DNA from: an uncultured Bacteroidota bacterium
GTDB taxonomy: Bacteria > Bacteroidota > Bacteroidia > AKYH767-A > OLB10
Length of the DNA: 64,000 nucleotides
Direction of reading: 5' to 3'
Assembly: GCA_903881665.1 (NCBI GenBank)
Contig: CAIRUC010000057.1
Span: forward strand, 34,538 to 98,537
In this document: positions 47,061 to 56,827 of the stretch, piece by piece
How the letters are laid out: every line of letters begins with the position of its first letter
Numbering within the stretch: the first letter of the stretch is position 1
Made by a program: the position numbers and the translations under genes
The notes under the pieces: model-generated
Told to the model about the DNA's origin: nothing
What the model saw: only the letters and a program-made list of their open reading frames with translations
The model's database searches: none

Positions 47061-48665
47061 TTATTCTATTGTTATTTCAGTTTCTAGTTCCCAATTTGCT
47101 CTAACTTGAAGTCGATCAGACACGACTACTCTTTCGGGTTGTTTCTTGCTGCGAAAATCACCTAAAGTCCATTTTTTATTATTGTCATCATCTTCCACTA
47201 ACCTAATTTTATAGGCATCAGGATTCAAAAATTCAAACTTTACTTCACCATCATTCCTAACTTCTAATTGTTTCATTACATCCAATTTTTCGGAAGTCAA
47301 TTGTAATAAATAATTTTTTTCTGCTTTCAATCCTTTCATTTTAACAATCAGAACTCCCGATAGTCGATCGTTTGCCATTCCAAATGATTTATTTAATGTA
47401 TCATTCATTAAACCATAAATATCAGTTATTGCGCCAGGAAGTATCATTACTCTATATTTTTCTCCTCGACGCCAATTATAATTTACATTACATTCTCGCT
47501 GAATATCTCCTGGCTTTAGTTTTATTATAACTGAATCCTCCAAAATTGTATCGTGATAAATGTAAGCATATTTATTACATACTTTAATAGGATGTTCACT
47601 CTTAAACATTAAACTTAATGTAGTATCGGATGACTGCGGAATTTGGTACACAAACAAACTCAACTTTTCTTGTTCTTTCTTTTTTGTTATACCCGAGCCT
47701 AACTTTATTTCTACCGTATCATTTAACATTTTATCATCGTAAAATCTCAACTTTATTGAATCTTGTAAGGTGTCTTTTGCATAAACCATTAAAGTATCAC
47801 GATTGACACTCCATTCAACTAAGCTCTTTCTTTTTGTTGCATAATTAAGTTCTTCAACCAAAGCAACCGTATTCGGTTTATTCAACCCTATTGCTGCGTA
47901 ATATTTATCCTTCTTCGACACTTTCAAGATTTTTAAAACCGGAAACTCTTGAGGTGAAACATTAAAATCAACAACTGATTGTCCTGGAATTTTTATTTCG
48001 CTTTCAATAAAGCCCATTTGTTCCTCTTCATCACATTTGTAATTGCTGTTCTTATCATCTACTACAAAAACAAAATATTTCCCTTCTGCGATATTTGAAA
48101 TAGTATATGCTCCTTTCTCATCAGTTTTAGAAAAATAATCAGGCCGTTTTGTGAAAATTAAGGAGTCTGGCGACATCAAACCTTCTTTCCTATACATTAA
48201 AACAGAAAGCCCTTTTAATACTTGATTGCTCTTCGCTTCTCTTACAGTACCATGCAACATCAACGTATCAATTATTAAACCAGTAGAAAAAATAAATCTA
48301 TAATTTTCTAACGCATTACCTTCGTTGATGTCGGCAATCGCTTTTCCGAAATTAATGGTATACGTTGTATTTTCGCGTAATGAATCAGGTAGCTTAATTA
48401 AAATTTCCTTTTTTGCAGCTTTTATTTCAGGGGCAAAAGGCATTAAAGGAGATATTAGTAACTGTCCATTTAAATCTGTTAACTGAACAAATTCATCAAA
48501 TTTCAATTTTATTATTTTTTCATGAAAATCGATAGCCGCATTAATTGGATCTGTTTCTTTGACAACCGGTGGTTTAATATCTTTTTCGCCTCCTGTGGGA
48601 GATACTTTATTGGCACAAGATGCCATAAACAACGAACCGACAATGAACAATATTATTTTTTTCAT
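47061..48665 (-). CDS. Ig-like-domain lipoprotein (SbsA_Ig/Big_5-like), function unknown
   Basis: Lipoprotein signal ...LFMASC, then KPPVVKETDPINAAIDF...IKLKFDEFV, typical of Bacteroidota Ig-like lipoproteins. Confidence 0.6.
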   Translation of the reverse strand: MKKIILFIVGSLFMASCANKVSPTGGEKDIKPPVVKETDPINAAIDFHEKIIKLKFDEFVQLTDLNGQLLISPLMPFAPEIKAAKKEILIKLPDSLRENTTYTINFGKAIADINEGNALENYRFIFSTGLIIDTLMLHGTVREAKSNQVLKGLSVLMYRKEGLMSPDSLIFTKRPDYFSKTDEKGAYTISNIAEGKYFVFVVDDKNSNYKCDEEEQMGFIESEIKIPGQSVVDFNVSPQEFPVLKILKVSKKDKYYAAIGLNKPNTVALVEELNYATKRKSLVEWSVNRDTLMVYAKDTLQDSIKLRFYDDKMLNDTVEIKLGSGITKKKEQEKLSLFVYQIPQSSDTTLSLMFKSEHPIKVCNKYAYIYHDTILEDSVIIKLKPGDIQRECNVNYNWRRGEKYRVMILPGAITDIYGLMNDTLNKSFGMANDRLSGVLIVKMKGLKAEKNYLLQLTSEKLDVMKQLEVRNDGEVKFEFLNPDAYKIRLVEDDDNNKKWTLGDFRSKKQPERVVVSDRLQVRANWELETEITIE

Positions 48666-49162
48666 ATCAGTGTTGCTTTAAAAAGATCGCTAATAATAGT
48701 TGATACTTCAGTAAGATATTTTACATCAACAGCGTCAAAATCATTTAACTGATCACTATCCACATCTAATATCATACGTACTCTGTCATTAATCATTACA
48801 GGCAGTACAATCTCTGATTTAGATAATGAACTGCAAGCTATATGTCCGGGAAATTGCTCCACATTAGGTACAATAATTACTCTTCCCTCTTGCCAAGCTT
48901 TACCACAAACTCCTTTACCATAGCCTATCCTAGTACAAGCCAACGGGCCTTGAAATGGCCCCAACACTAGTTCTTCTGCTTTCACAAAATAAACGCCTAC
49001 CCAAAAAAAGTTCATCGACTCTTTTAATACGGCCATTATATTGGCAATATTGGCAATTAAGTCGCTTTCGCCATCCACCAATGCCTTAATTTGGGGCAAC
49101 ATCACTTTATATAGATCTTCCTTGCCTGCATTTGCAGCTGCTTTAATGAGGTCTTCTGTCAT
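48662..49162 (-). CDS. GAF-domain protein (free methionine-R-sulfoxide reductase-like)
   Basis: WVGVYF...LGPFQG..ACTRI.YGKGVCG and HIACSS.SKSEIV.P are typical of the YebR/MsrC GAF family. Start set to ATG 49162, 11 nt after a TATCTTTG box. Confidence 0.7.
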   Translation of the reverse strand: MTEDLIKAAANAGKEDLYKVMLPQIKALVDGESDLIANIANIMAVLKESMNFFWVGVYFVKAEELVLGPFQGPLACTRIGYGKGVCGKAWQEGRVIIVPNVEQFPGHIACSSLSKSEIVLPVMINDRVRMILDVDSDQLNDFDAVDVKYLTEVSTIISDLFKATLI

Positions 49163-49192
49163 AATAATTAGCACAAAGATAACTATCAATTT

Positions 49193-49900
49193 TTACTCTG
49201 CATAGGCAATTGCAGCCACCATCACTTTTGCACCCTCTATCTTGTTAAATAACTGAATGCAGGAAGCCAAAGTAGAACCTGTGGTTAGTACATCATCAAC
49301 AATGAGCACCCTCTTTCCTATAAAAAGATGAGGCTTCGACACCCTAAATACAGTTTTAACGTTTTTGTGACGATCAAATCTGTTTTTACGAGTTTGAGTA
49401 TCTGTAAACTTTACCCGCTGAAGGCCATCTTTCAATACCACTTTCCCATAAATATCGGCCATCCCTTTAGCAAAGCAATAGGCCTGATTATATCCTCTTA
49501 TTTTCTGCTTTTTTTTATGTAGAGGTATCGGAATAATAAAATCGACGGTAGCGTAAGGATTAGACTTTATTATTTCGCGAGCACATACCGCACCTAATTT
49601 ATTCCCAATCTCCGGACGATTATTGTATTTTAATCGATGCATCAACGTTTGCACTTTTTCTCCTTTGTGAAAATGAAATAATGCTGTAGCTCCTTCCAAT
49701 TGAACCTTCCCCCAAAACTGCTTAGCAACAGGGTTTTCAGCAATTGCATGAAAACCAGTGCGGGGCAAATTCACCATACAGCTGGTACAAATTACATCCT
49801 CTCCTTGCAATAACAACTCATCACATGCCGCACATAGGGAAGGATACAAAATTGAGATGGTATCATTTAAAACTTGTCGTATAAAATAAAATGCTTTCAT
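49193..49900 (-). CDS. comF: ComF-family phosphoribosyltransferase-domain protein
   Basis: N-terminal Cys pairs (CAAC...CTSC) and the C-terminal PRPP-binding loop VLIVDDVLTTGSTL. Confidence 0.75.
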   Translation of the reverse strand: MKAFYFIRQVLNDTISILYPSLCAACDELLLQGEDVICTSCMVNLPRTGFHAIAENPVAKQFWGKVQLEGATALFHFHKGEKVQTLMHRLKYNNRPEIGNKLGAVCAREIIKSNPYATVDFIIPIPLHKKKQKIRGYNQAYCFAKGMADIYGKVVLKDGLQRVKFTDTQTRKNRFDRHKNVKTVFRVSKPHLFIGKRVLIVDDVLTTGSTLASCIQLFNKIEGAKVMVAAIAYAE

Positions 49901-49969
49901 AATTAGATTTTTTGCAAACCTATATCACTTAACGGCATTTAAACAACCATAAGTATTTACAATCGTTTA

Positions 49970-51190
49970 TTATACTTCAAAGTCGTTCGTATCTTGAATA
50001 TAATTCTGATTATTTGGATAACGCACAAAATAAATTTGCTTAACTAAGCCCGATAAAGCAGCACGTAATTCATTAATGTTTTTCTTATTAATGGCGGATA
50101 TAAAAACAGAGGTGTAATTATTCTTAGCAATCCAATGCGTTTTCATTTCTTCTAGAGAAATATTCTCGCGAGTAGATGGAGTCAAATCATCCTCTTCTTT
50201 CTCTACATATTTATAGGCATCAATTTTATTGAACACCATCAAAATAGGTTTATCGATTGCTCCTATCTCAGCTAGCGTTTCATTGACTACACGTATATGC
50301 TCTTCGAAATTTTTATGTGAAATATCCACAATATGCACTAAAATATCGGCTTCGCGCACTTCATCGAGTGTAGACTTAAAAGACTCCACCAAATCATGTG
50401 GAAGTTTACGTATAAATCCTACTGTATCAGAAAGTAAAAAAGGAACATTTTCCCATACAATTTTCCTTACCGTTGTATCTAATGTTGCAAACAACTTATT
50501 CTCTGCAAAAACATCACTCTTACTCAGTAAATTCATAATTGTACTTTTGCCAACGTTAGTATATCCTACCAAAGCTACGCGGATCATTTCTCCACGCTTC
50601 TTTCGTTGCGTTGAATTTTGCTTGTCGATTTCTTGTAATCGAATACGTAATCTACTCAGCTTATCACGAATTACACGACGGTCGGTTTCGATTTCTGACT
50701 CACCCGGACCCCTCATACCAATACCTCCTCGCTGCTTTTCAAGGTGTGTCCACATTTTAGTAAGGCGAGGCAATAAATATTTGTACTGCGCTAGCTCCAC
50801 TTGCGTTTTCGCTTGTGCTGAACGTGCGCGCTTCGCGAAAATATCGAGTATCAAGTTCGTTCTATCGAGTACTCGACATCCCATTATTTTTTCAAGATTT
50901 CGTAGCTGCGAAGGCGTTAGCTCATCATCAAAGATGGCTATTTGAATTTCATTTGCTTTATTAAATTCAATAATCTCATTGAGCTTACCTTTTCCAACAA
51001 AAGTTTTTGAATCGGCGTGATCCAATTTTTGCGTAAAAATGCGAACCGTTTCAGCTCCCGCAGTTTCTGATAAAAAAGCTAATTCATCGAGATATTCCTG
51101 AACCTGATCGGAACTCTGCGTACGAGTGATTAATCCAATTAACACTACTCGTTCGGGAGCTTGTCCTACAGTTAGTGAAGTATGAGGCAA
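49970..51190 (-). CDS. hflX: GTPase HflX
   Basis: HflX N-domain (LDELAFLSETAGA, ELTPSQLRNLE), G1 GYTNVGKST, G3 DTVGF, G4 NKID. The ORF-track start is a TTG codon (51188-51190). Confidence 0.9.
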   Translation of the reverse strand: MPHTSLTVGQAPERVVLIGLITRTQSSDQVQEYLDELAFLSETAGAETVRIFTQKLDHADSKTFVGKGKLNEIIEFNKANEIQIAIFDDELTPSQLRNLEKIMGCRVLDRTNLILDIFAKRARSAQAKTQVELAQYKYLLPRLTKMWTHLEKQRGGIGMRGPGESEIETDRRVIRDKLSRLRIRLQEIDKQNSTQRKKRGEMIRVALVGYTNVGKSTIMNLLSKSDVFAENKLFATLDTTVRKIVWENVPFLLSDTVGFIRKLPHDLVESFKSTLDEVREADILVHIVDISHKNFEEHIRVVNETLAEIGAIDKPILMVFNKIDAYKYVEKEEDDLTPSTRENISLEEMKTHWIAKNNYTSVFISAINKKNINELRAALSGLVKQIYFVRYPNNQNYIQDTNDFEV

Positions 51191-51210
51191 ATTATTTTTT
51201 GATTTTTAGA

Positions 51211-51247
51211 AACACGGGAACGAACTTAACAGTATCGTTCCCGTGTT
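51211..51247 (-). terminator. Perfect 13-bp hairpin between the 51263 gene stop and the hflX start (terminator or attenuator; no U-tract)
   Basis: AACACGGGAACGA (51211-51223) pairs with TCGTTCCCGTGTT (51235-51247) across an 11-nt loop. On the minus strand it is followed by TCTAAAAATCAAAAAA, so it is not a classical intrinsic terminator. Confidence 0.4.
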
Positions 51248-51262
51248 CTTTATTGTTAAAAA

Positions 51263-51721
51263 TTAAAACCAACCGCGACCTGCTCCTATCGCTCTAAATG
51301 GCCAAGGAATAGAAACTAATACTACTACTAAAGCTATTCCGTACCAAACGGCTACCGCTTTAAATTTCGTAGCATCGGTTGATGCTTTCTTTGATTTAAT
51401 ATTTCCGATCGTTAAAAGCACAATTGCTATAACCATCATTAGTACATGCTCTACAGCCCAATAACGAAGTACAGAATCTTTCATAGCCGAAGCCATGTTT
51501 GCAGTGGCCGTTTGTACAGCAGGACTAACCATATACAATACAAGTCCCATTACTAACTGAATATGTCCAAAGATCATAGTAAACATTGTTCTCTTGCGGT
51601 CGCCATCGGCATATGCTATACCGCTTTTTTTTCCGCCAAATGCTTTAATTACTGATACGATCATCAGTAATAACAGAATCCATCTCACTAAGGAGTGAAA
51701 GTGAAGTAAACCTATATACAT
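51263..51721 (-). CDS. Four-TM membrane protein, function unknown
   Basis: 152 aa with four hydrophobic helices and His residues in helix 1 (LLHFHSLVRW). TAACTTTG box 20 nt upstream. Confidence 0.55.
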   Translation of the reverse strand: MYIGLLHFHSLVRWILLLLMIVSVIKAFGGKKSGIAYADGDRKRTMFTMIFGHIQLVMGLVLYMVSPAVQTATANMASAMKDSVLRYWAVEHVLMMVIAIVLLTIGNIKSKKASTDATKFKAVAVWYGIALVVVLVSIPWPFRAIGAGRGWF

Positions 51722-51894
51722 GTTTTTTTATTTGATGGCCAAAGTTAAGAAAACAAATGAGGAAGAGAACTATAGTCGATTCCCCTTTTTGCATAGGATT
51801 ACGCAAAAAGCTTTTATGACATAATACTGACTCCATTATGGAATATTTAAGCCCCTTGTATCGTTGAGCAATTATAACCTATACCATAACCGAT

Positions 51895-52701
51895 ATGAGA
51901 ACATCATTTGAAAACTGGGAAAACCCCGTATCACAGCAACGCCTGGAACTCGTTTTTGCTACCCGAAACCGCCAATACGGTGCTTATAAACTCAGAATAG
52001 ATTACGAAAAAACAATCCTTAAAGCCTTTTTTATTACCTGCGTAGCAGGCTTCACGTTAGCAATTTCCCCTAAAGTAAAAGAAGTACTTTTTCCATCGTC
52101 GATAGCACTAAACAAACCCGAAAACATCATCATTGTTGACTTAATAGAGCCAGACAAAATAATTAAACCGGAAGAAATAAAAAAAGAGGACCCGCTTATT
52201 AAAGATCCGAACAAACCTACTCAACGTGATGTAACCCCTGTCGTTGTAAACCATCAAACCACAGATACAACATTAACGCAAGAGGAGTTAGAAAAGTTAA
52301 ACACTGGGACCAAAACCAAAAAAGGCGATTCTACAGTTGTTGTGACGCATTTAGATCCTGAGCCTAAACCCGAACCCGATAATACTATTCACACCGGCTG
52401 GCTAGAAGTGATGCCGGCATTTCCAGGAGGAGAAGCGGCTATGATGCAATTTATCAGCTCCCATATCCATTACCCCAAATTAGCAAAAGAATCAAATGTT
52501 CAAGGCACAGTTTACATCACGTTTGTAGTTAACAAAAACGGTGAGATTGCCGACGTTGAAACGAAAAGAGGAATTGGCTCTGGATGCGAAGAAGAAGCAA
52601 TGCGGGTGGTAAAATCCATGCCACATTGGTCGCCAGGCTTGATGAATGGAAATACTGTTCGGGTGCAGTATATCTTACCCGTTAAATTCAGCCTTCGATA
52701 G
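51895..52701 (+). CDS. Energy-transducer TonB-family protein
   Basis: N-terminal TM anchor, Pro/Lys/Glu-rich linker (PEEIKKEDP, DPEPKPEPD) and a TonB_C domain (PAFPGGEAAMMQFISSHIHYP..A.E..VQGTVYITFVVNKNGEI). Confidence 0.85.
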   Translation: MRTSFENWENPVSQQRLELVFATRNRQYGAYKLRIDYEKTILKAFFITCVAGFTLAISPKVKEVLFPSSIALNKPENIIIVDLIEPDKIIKPEEIKKEDPLIKDPNKPTQRDVTPVVVNHQTTDTTLTQEELEKLNTGTKTKKGDSTVVVTHLDPEPKPEPDNTIHTGWLEVMPAFPGGEAAMMQFISSHIHYPKLAKESNVQGTVYITFVVNKNGEIADVETKRGIGSGCEEEAMRVVKSMPHWSPGLMNGNTVRVQYILPVKFSLR

Positions 52702-52723
52702 TTGAGATAATATTTTTATAGAA

Positions 52724-52756
52724 AGGACCTTCTCGTTAAGGAGGGTCCTTTTTAAT
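52724..52756 (+). terminator. Rho-independent terminator
   Basis: AAGGACCTTCT-cgttaa-GGAGGGTCCTT (11 bp including two G-U pairs) followed by a T-run. Confidence 0.7.
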
Positions 52757-52850
52757 TGAATGCATATTGCGTGTGAATTAATTTTCAGCAATTATTAAAT
52801 AAATGGCAAATGCTGATTAATAAATTTTATTTTTGAAAAAAAAATATTAG

Positions 52851-55460
52851 ATGTCCGGAATTCGCTATCTCACTGCATTAATTTTTGCATCGGCATGCAT
52901 GTCATCCTGCAAATCAACTAAACCAACGGCGACCTCAACAAAATTACAGGCGCTACCCGAAATAGAAGTAACCGATACTAAAAAAGTAAATTTAACATAC
53001 CAAGGAAGTGCGGCAAAGAAATCTGATTTGGTCCATACTAAATTAGACGTAAGCTTCGATTGGAACAAAAAATTTCTATACGGGAAAGCTACTATCAAAC
53101 TAAAACCTCACTTCTATCCTGTGGATGCAGTTTGGCTTAATGCACGAGGGATGGAAATTAAAGAAGTAAAATTAATTTCAGGAAAAGACAGTGTTAACGC
53201 TGCCTACAGCTATAACGATGACAGCTTAAATATTAAATTAGGACGAGAATACAAAAATAATGAAGAGTACACTCTTTTCATTAACTATATTTCTAAACCT
53301 GATGAATTAAAAGATTTGGGAGGTAGTGAAGCCATTACTAGCGACAAAGGGTTATACTTTATCAATCCTGATGGCAAGATCCCTGACAAACCTAAAGAAA
53401 TATGGACTCAAGGAGAAACCCAGAGCAATTCAGTATGGTTTCCAACAATTGATGTCCCAAATCAAAAAACAACAGAAGAAATCAATATTACCGTTGCCAA
53501 TAATTACAAAACATTATCGAATGGTTTATTGGTGAAAAGTGAAAATCACCCTGACGGAACGCGCACTGATTCTTGGAAACTCGACAAACCGCATGCTCCG
53601 TATTTATTCATGATGGCCATTGGTGAATACTCAATTGTAAAAGACACTTGGAAAGGCAAAGAAGTAAGCTATTATGTAGAACCTGAATTCGAGAAATCGG
53701 CCCGAAAAATATTTAGCAATACACCAGAAATGATAGACTTTTTTTCAAAATCACTTGGCGTTGACTACGCATGGCCAAAATATAGTCAAGTAGTAGCGCG
53801 TGATTATGTGAGTGGAGCTATGGAAAATACGTCGGCTACGCTGCACGGAAGTTTCCTTCAGCGCGATGAAAGGGAATTAATTGACGAAACCAATGAAGAT
53901 GTGATTTCTCACGAATTATTTCACCAATGGTTCGGAGATCTTGTTACATGCGAATCATGGTCGAACATTCCTCTCAATGAATCATTTGCTACTTATGGTG
54001 AATACTTATGGAATGAGCATAAATATGGGCGCGAGGAAGCAGATATTGGTCTAAACAGCGACCTAAACGGATACTTAAGAGAAGCAAAGACAAAGCAAGT
54101 AGATTTAATTCGCTTCAATTATGACTCGCGTGAAGATATGTTCGACCGACATTCCTATGCAAAAGGAGGAACTATATTAAACATGCTAAGACGCGCAGTT
54201 GGCGATGACGCCTTTTTCGCTTCATTGAAAAAATACCTCGAAACAAATGCTTACAAAGCAGTAGAAGTACATCAATTACGACTTGCATTTGAAGAGGTAA
54301 CTGGCGAAGACATGAATTGGTTTTTTAATCAGTGGTTCTTAAGCAAAGGACATCCTGAACTAAAAATATCTTACAATTGGAATGATTCAAATATGTTGCA
54401 AAAAGTGGTAATTGAACAGACCCAGGATTTAGCAACAACTCCCCTCTATCGAATTCCTCTCGATATAGATATTTATTTTTCCGACTCTAAAAGAAGGGAA
54501 CGAGTTGTACTAACCGATAAAAACCAAACTTTTGAATTCAGATGCGAAAGAAAACCCGCTGTTGTAAATGTTGATGCAGAAAAAATGTTAACGGGTACTA
54601 AGGAAGACAACCATACAGAAGCCGAATGGATTACACTTTATGAAAAAGGGCCATTATTTCTCGACCGATTTGAATCATTAAAAGCAATTGCAAAATATAA
54701 GAATGAAACCAATGCTGCAAATGTAATAATGAGTGCTTTAAATGATCGGAATAGAAAAATTAGAGAATTTGCAATTACTAATTGCAACACGTTATTATTA
54801 GGAAGCGATTCGTTAAGAGTAAAAAACAAAATAATTGAAATTGCAAAATCGGACACCAATACAAACGTTCGCTCAATGGCCATCAAAAAGTTGTCGGAAA
54901 ACTACAATGACAAAGCGATCCTTGACTTAGCAATTACATTATCGAGCGACAGTTCATTTGAGGTAATGAGTAATGCAATAGACTTAATTGGGAATAAAAA
55001 TCCTAAAATGGCCCTTGACATCTGTAAAAAACTAGAAACGGAAAGTCACCGAAGAATTTGCGCTATAGTAGCCGCCACTTACAGCAAATTTGGAAGCGAC
55101 AATCAGTTCAATTACATGCTTGCTACTTTAAACAATTCAACAAACTATCAGTTGGTGCAATCGATGGGTAAATTCCTTTCAAATTGCAAATCTGCATCGA
55201 ATATAAAAACGGGCGCCTTCGCCATTGTCAACAAATATCCAATGTTTAATGAATGGTATTTAAGACTAGCCATTGTACAATCGCTAGTAATGATAACTAA
55301 CTCACTAGAAAATTCCATTAAGAGCTATTCAGACGCAGGAGACGCAATACATGCGGCAGAATTGTTGCCAATTAAAAATGAAATTACCAATAAAATTAAT
55401 GAGCTAAAATTGAGTGAAAAAGACGAAACACTGTTAAAGTATTATAAATACAAAAATTAG
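52851..55460 (+). CDS. pepN: M1-family aminopeptidase (aminopeptidase N-like) with HEAT-like C-terminus
   Basis: GAMEN exopeptidase motif and the HELFHQWFGDLVT...x18...E zinc site (NESFATYGE). Lipoprotein-like signal ...ACMSSC. Confidence 0.85.
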   Translation: MSGIRYLTALIFASACMSSCKSTKPTATSTKLQALPEIEVTDTKKVNLTYQGSAAKKSDLVHTKLDVSFDWNKKFLYGKATIKLKPHFYPVDAVWLNARGMEIKEVKLISGKDSVNAAYSYNDDSLNIKLGREYKNNEEYTLFINYISKPDELKDLGGSEAITSDKGLYFINPDGKIPDKPKEIWTQGETQSNSVWFPTIDVPNQKTTEEINITVANNYKTLSNGLLVKSENHPDGTRTDSWKLDKPHAPYLFMMAIGEYSIVKDTWKGKEVSYYVEPEFEKSARKIFSNTPEMIDFFSKSLGVDYAWPKYSQVVARDYVSGAMENTSATLHGSFLQRDERELIDETNEDVISHELFHQWFGDLVTCESWSNIPLNESFATYGEYLWNEHKYGREEADIGLNSDLNGYLREAKTKQVDLIRFNYDSREDMFDRHSYAKGGTILNMLRRAVGDDAFFASLKKYLETNAYKAVEVHQLRLAFEEVTGEDMNWFFNQWFLSKGHPELKISYNWNDSNMLQKVVIEQTQDLATTPLYRIPLDIDIYFSDSKRRERVVLTDKNQTFEFRCERKPAVVNVDAEKMLTGTKEDNHTEAEWITLYEKGPLFLDRFESLKAIAKYKNETNAANVIMSALNDRNRKIREFAITNCNTLLLGSDSLRVKNKIIEIAKSDTNTNVRSMAIKKLSENYNDKAILDLAITLSSDSSFEVMSNAIDLIGNKNPKMALDICKKLETESHRRICAIVAATYSKFGSDNQFNYMLATLNNSTNYQLVQSMGKFLSNCKSASNIKTGAFAIVNKYPMFNEWYLRLAIVQSLVMITNSLENSIKSYSDAGDAIHAAELLPIKNEITNKINELKLSEKDETLLKYYKYKN

Positions 55461-55465
55461 AATTT

Positions 55466-55493
55466 AAAAGCCGCTTATATCAGCGCCTTTTTT
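55466..55493 (+). terminator. Rho-independent terminator (T-tract overlaps the stop of the convergent gene)
   Basis: AAAAGCCGCT-tatatc-AGCGCCTTTT (9 of 10 bp paired) followed by a T-run. Confidence 0.6.
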
Positions 55494-56496
55494 ATGCAAA
55501 AAAATAATTATACACCCATCCCCCAACTAAAACTAACAACATCAACTCTAACAACCACATCTTTTTTCCTGAAAGAAAATAGTATGAAACATATGCTGAA
55601 AAAGGAACTGCAAGAATACTAAATCGATATAAACTATCTTCTCTCGAAACTAAAACCATAGCAACACCTACAGGAATAAGCACCAATAAAATTTGTTGAG
55701 TCAATCTAGATTTAGTTACATTTTTAAAGTAGTTTTTTTGTAATCGAAATAACGCAAAAACAAATAACACCGCAATCCAAAATAAACTAAACGTATATTG
55801 ATAGGTGATTAAATGCTGAATGGCAATTGTTTTATTGATACCAGTAATGAATACTTTATCGTAAAAGTTATTTAATTTATCAGTTAAGAAATAGTATAGA
55901 AATGCAAAAAAGAAAGGAAGAACAAATCCCATGATCCCTACAAGCCAATCACGCCATGAAAACGGGCGAAGAATTAAAATACTTATGATGTAAACGAATA
56001 GAAAAACAATTGCCGGTAAATAAAACAAAGCCGACATTGACAATAAAAAGGCGCTGTCGAATGCTATGGCTAAAGCGCCAGTATTCTTATAAAGCCCAAA
56101 AATCTTATCAAGTGCTAGAATTAAGATTGAATTCACAAACAATAGCGGCGAAAACCAAACAAACTGAGGAATGATGGAGGCAATAAATAGATAAATAAGG
56201 GAAGGCAGCCAGGATTGATTAAAGAAAACTTCGTGCTTATTAAGCACAAAATTGAGATGAAGTGCCTGAGAAGTAAGGAGCAAAAAGACCAATACAGCAC
56301 TCCAAACCGAGGATTGAGCATTCGTAACACCTCCTATTTTCATAAAAAAATCTGCAACCATATTATACAGAGGCATACCGTTTGGTGGCACTATACTATA
56401 ATGCAAGCTCCACGATATCAACGATATAGCTACAGAAACAAGAATTAATAGCACTACAGGGAATATCTGTGTTGAACGAAATAAACGAATCAGCAT
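55492..56496 (-). CDS. Polytopic membrane protein, function unknown
   Basis: 334 aa with about 9-10 hydrophobic helices. No catalytic motif recognised. Confidence 0.55.
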   Translation of the reverse strand: MLIRLFRSTQIFPVVLLILVSVAISLISWSLHYSIVPPNGMPLYNMVADFFMKIGGVTNAQSSVWSAVLVFLLLTSQALHLNFVLNKHEVFFNQSWLPSLIYLFIASIIPQFVWFSPLLFVNSILILALDKIFGLYKNTGALAIAFDSAFLLSMSALFYLPAIVFLFVYIISILILRPFSWRDWLVGIMGFVLPFFFAFLYYFLTDKLNNFYDKVFITGINKTIAIQHLITYQYTFSLFWIAVLFVFALFRLQKNYFKNVTKSRLTQQILLVLIPVGVAMVLVSREDSLYRFSILAVPFSAYVSYYFLSGKKMWLLELMLLVLVGGWVYNYFFA

Positions 56497-56566
56497 AATT
56501 TTATCTGTTAGAAGAATAGTATTGTTTTCAAGAAAACATTAAATTCGCCACCAAATTACACTAAAA

Positions 56567-56752
56567 ATGGACGCTATATTTTACGGAATCGCTCATGCTG
56601 CAGAATCAGCATTCAAACTTCTTCCTCCAATCGGAGCATTAGTAAATTGGGTATTCGGATTAACAATTACGGTTGGAGTAATTTTTTGGTTGAAATACGA
56701 CTCATCTGTCCGCAAAGGCGGTGACAATTATATCGCAAATAAAGGAAAGTAA
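56567..56752 (+). CDS. Small two-TM membrane protein (61 aa)
   Basis: ORF with two hydrophobic segments. Followed by a strong terminator. Confidence 0.4.
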   Translation: MDAIFYGIAHAAESAFKLLPPIGALVNWVFGLTITVGVIFWLKYDSSVRKGGDNYIANKGK

Positions 56753-56789
56753 TATCTCCTGAAGTAATTACCTGTTAATTTAGTAAAAA

Positions 56790-56823
56790 AACGCGATTAG
56801 CCATTCGGTTCATCGCGTTTTTA
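56790..56823. terminator. Bidirectional terminator between convergent genes
   Basis: AAAAAA-AACGCGAT-(14-nt loop)-ATCGCGTT-TTTAT. Confidence 0.7.
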
Positions 56824-56827
56824 TTTA

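Noticed and set aside
50229-50945. 238-aa plus-strand ORF antisense to hflX. Similar embedded ORFs include 1793..2116, 24228..24605, 31360..31656, 37289..37792, 38981..39415, 5266..5577, 8438..8728 and 10972..11238.
   Set aside because: All lie wholly inside well-supported genes on the opposite strand. Their Ser/Arg/Cys/Ile-rich low-complexity translations are typical of antisense frames in AT-rich DNA. None has a motif or a promoter box.
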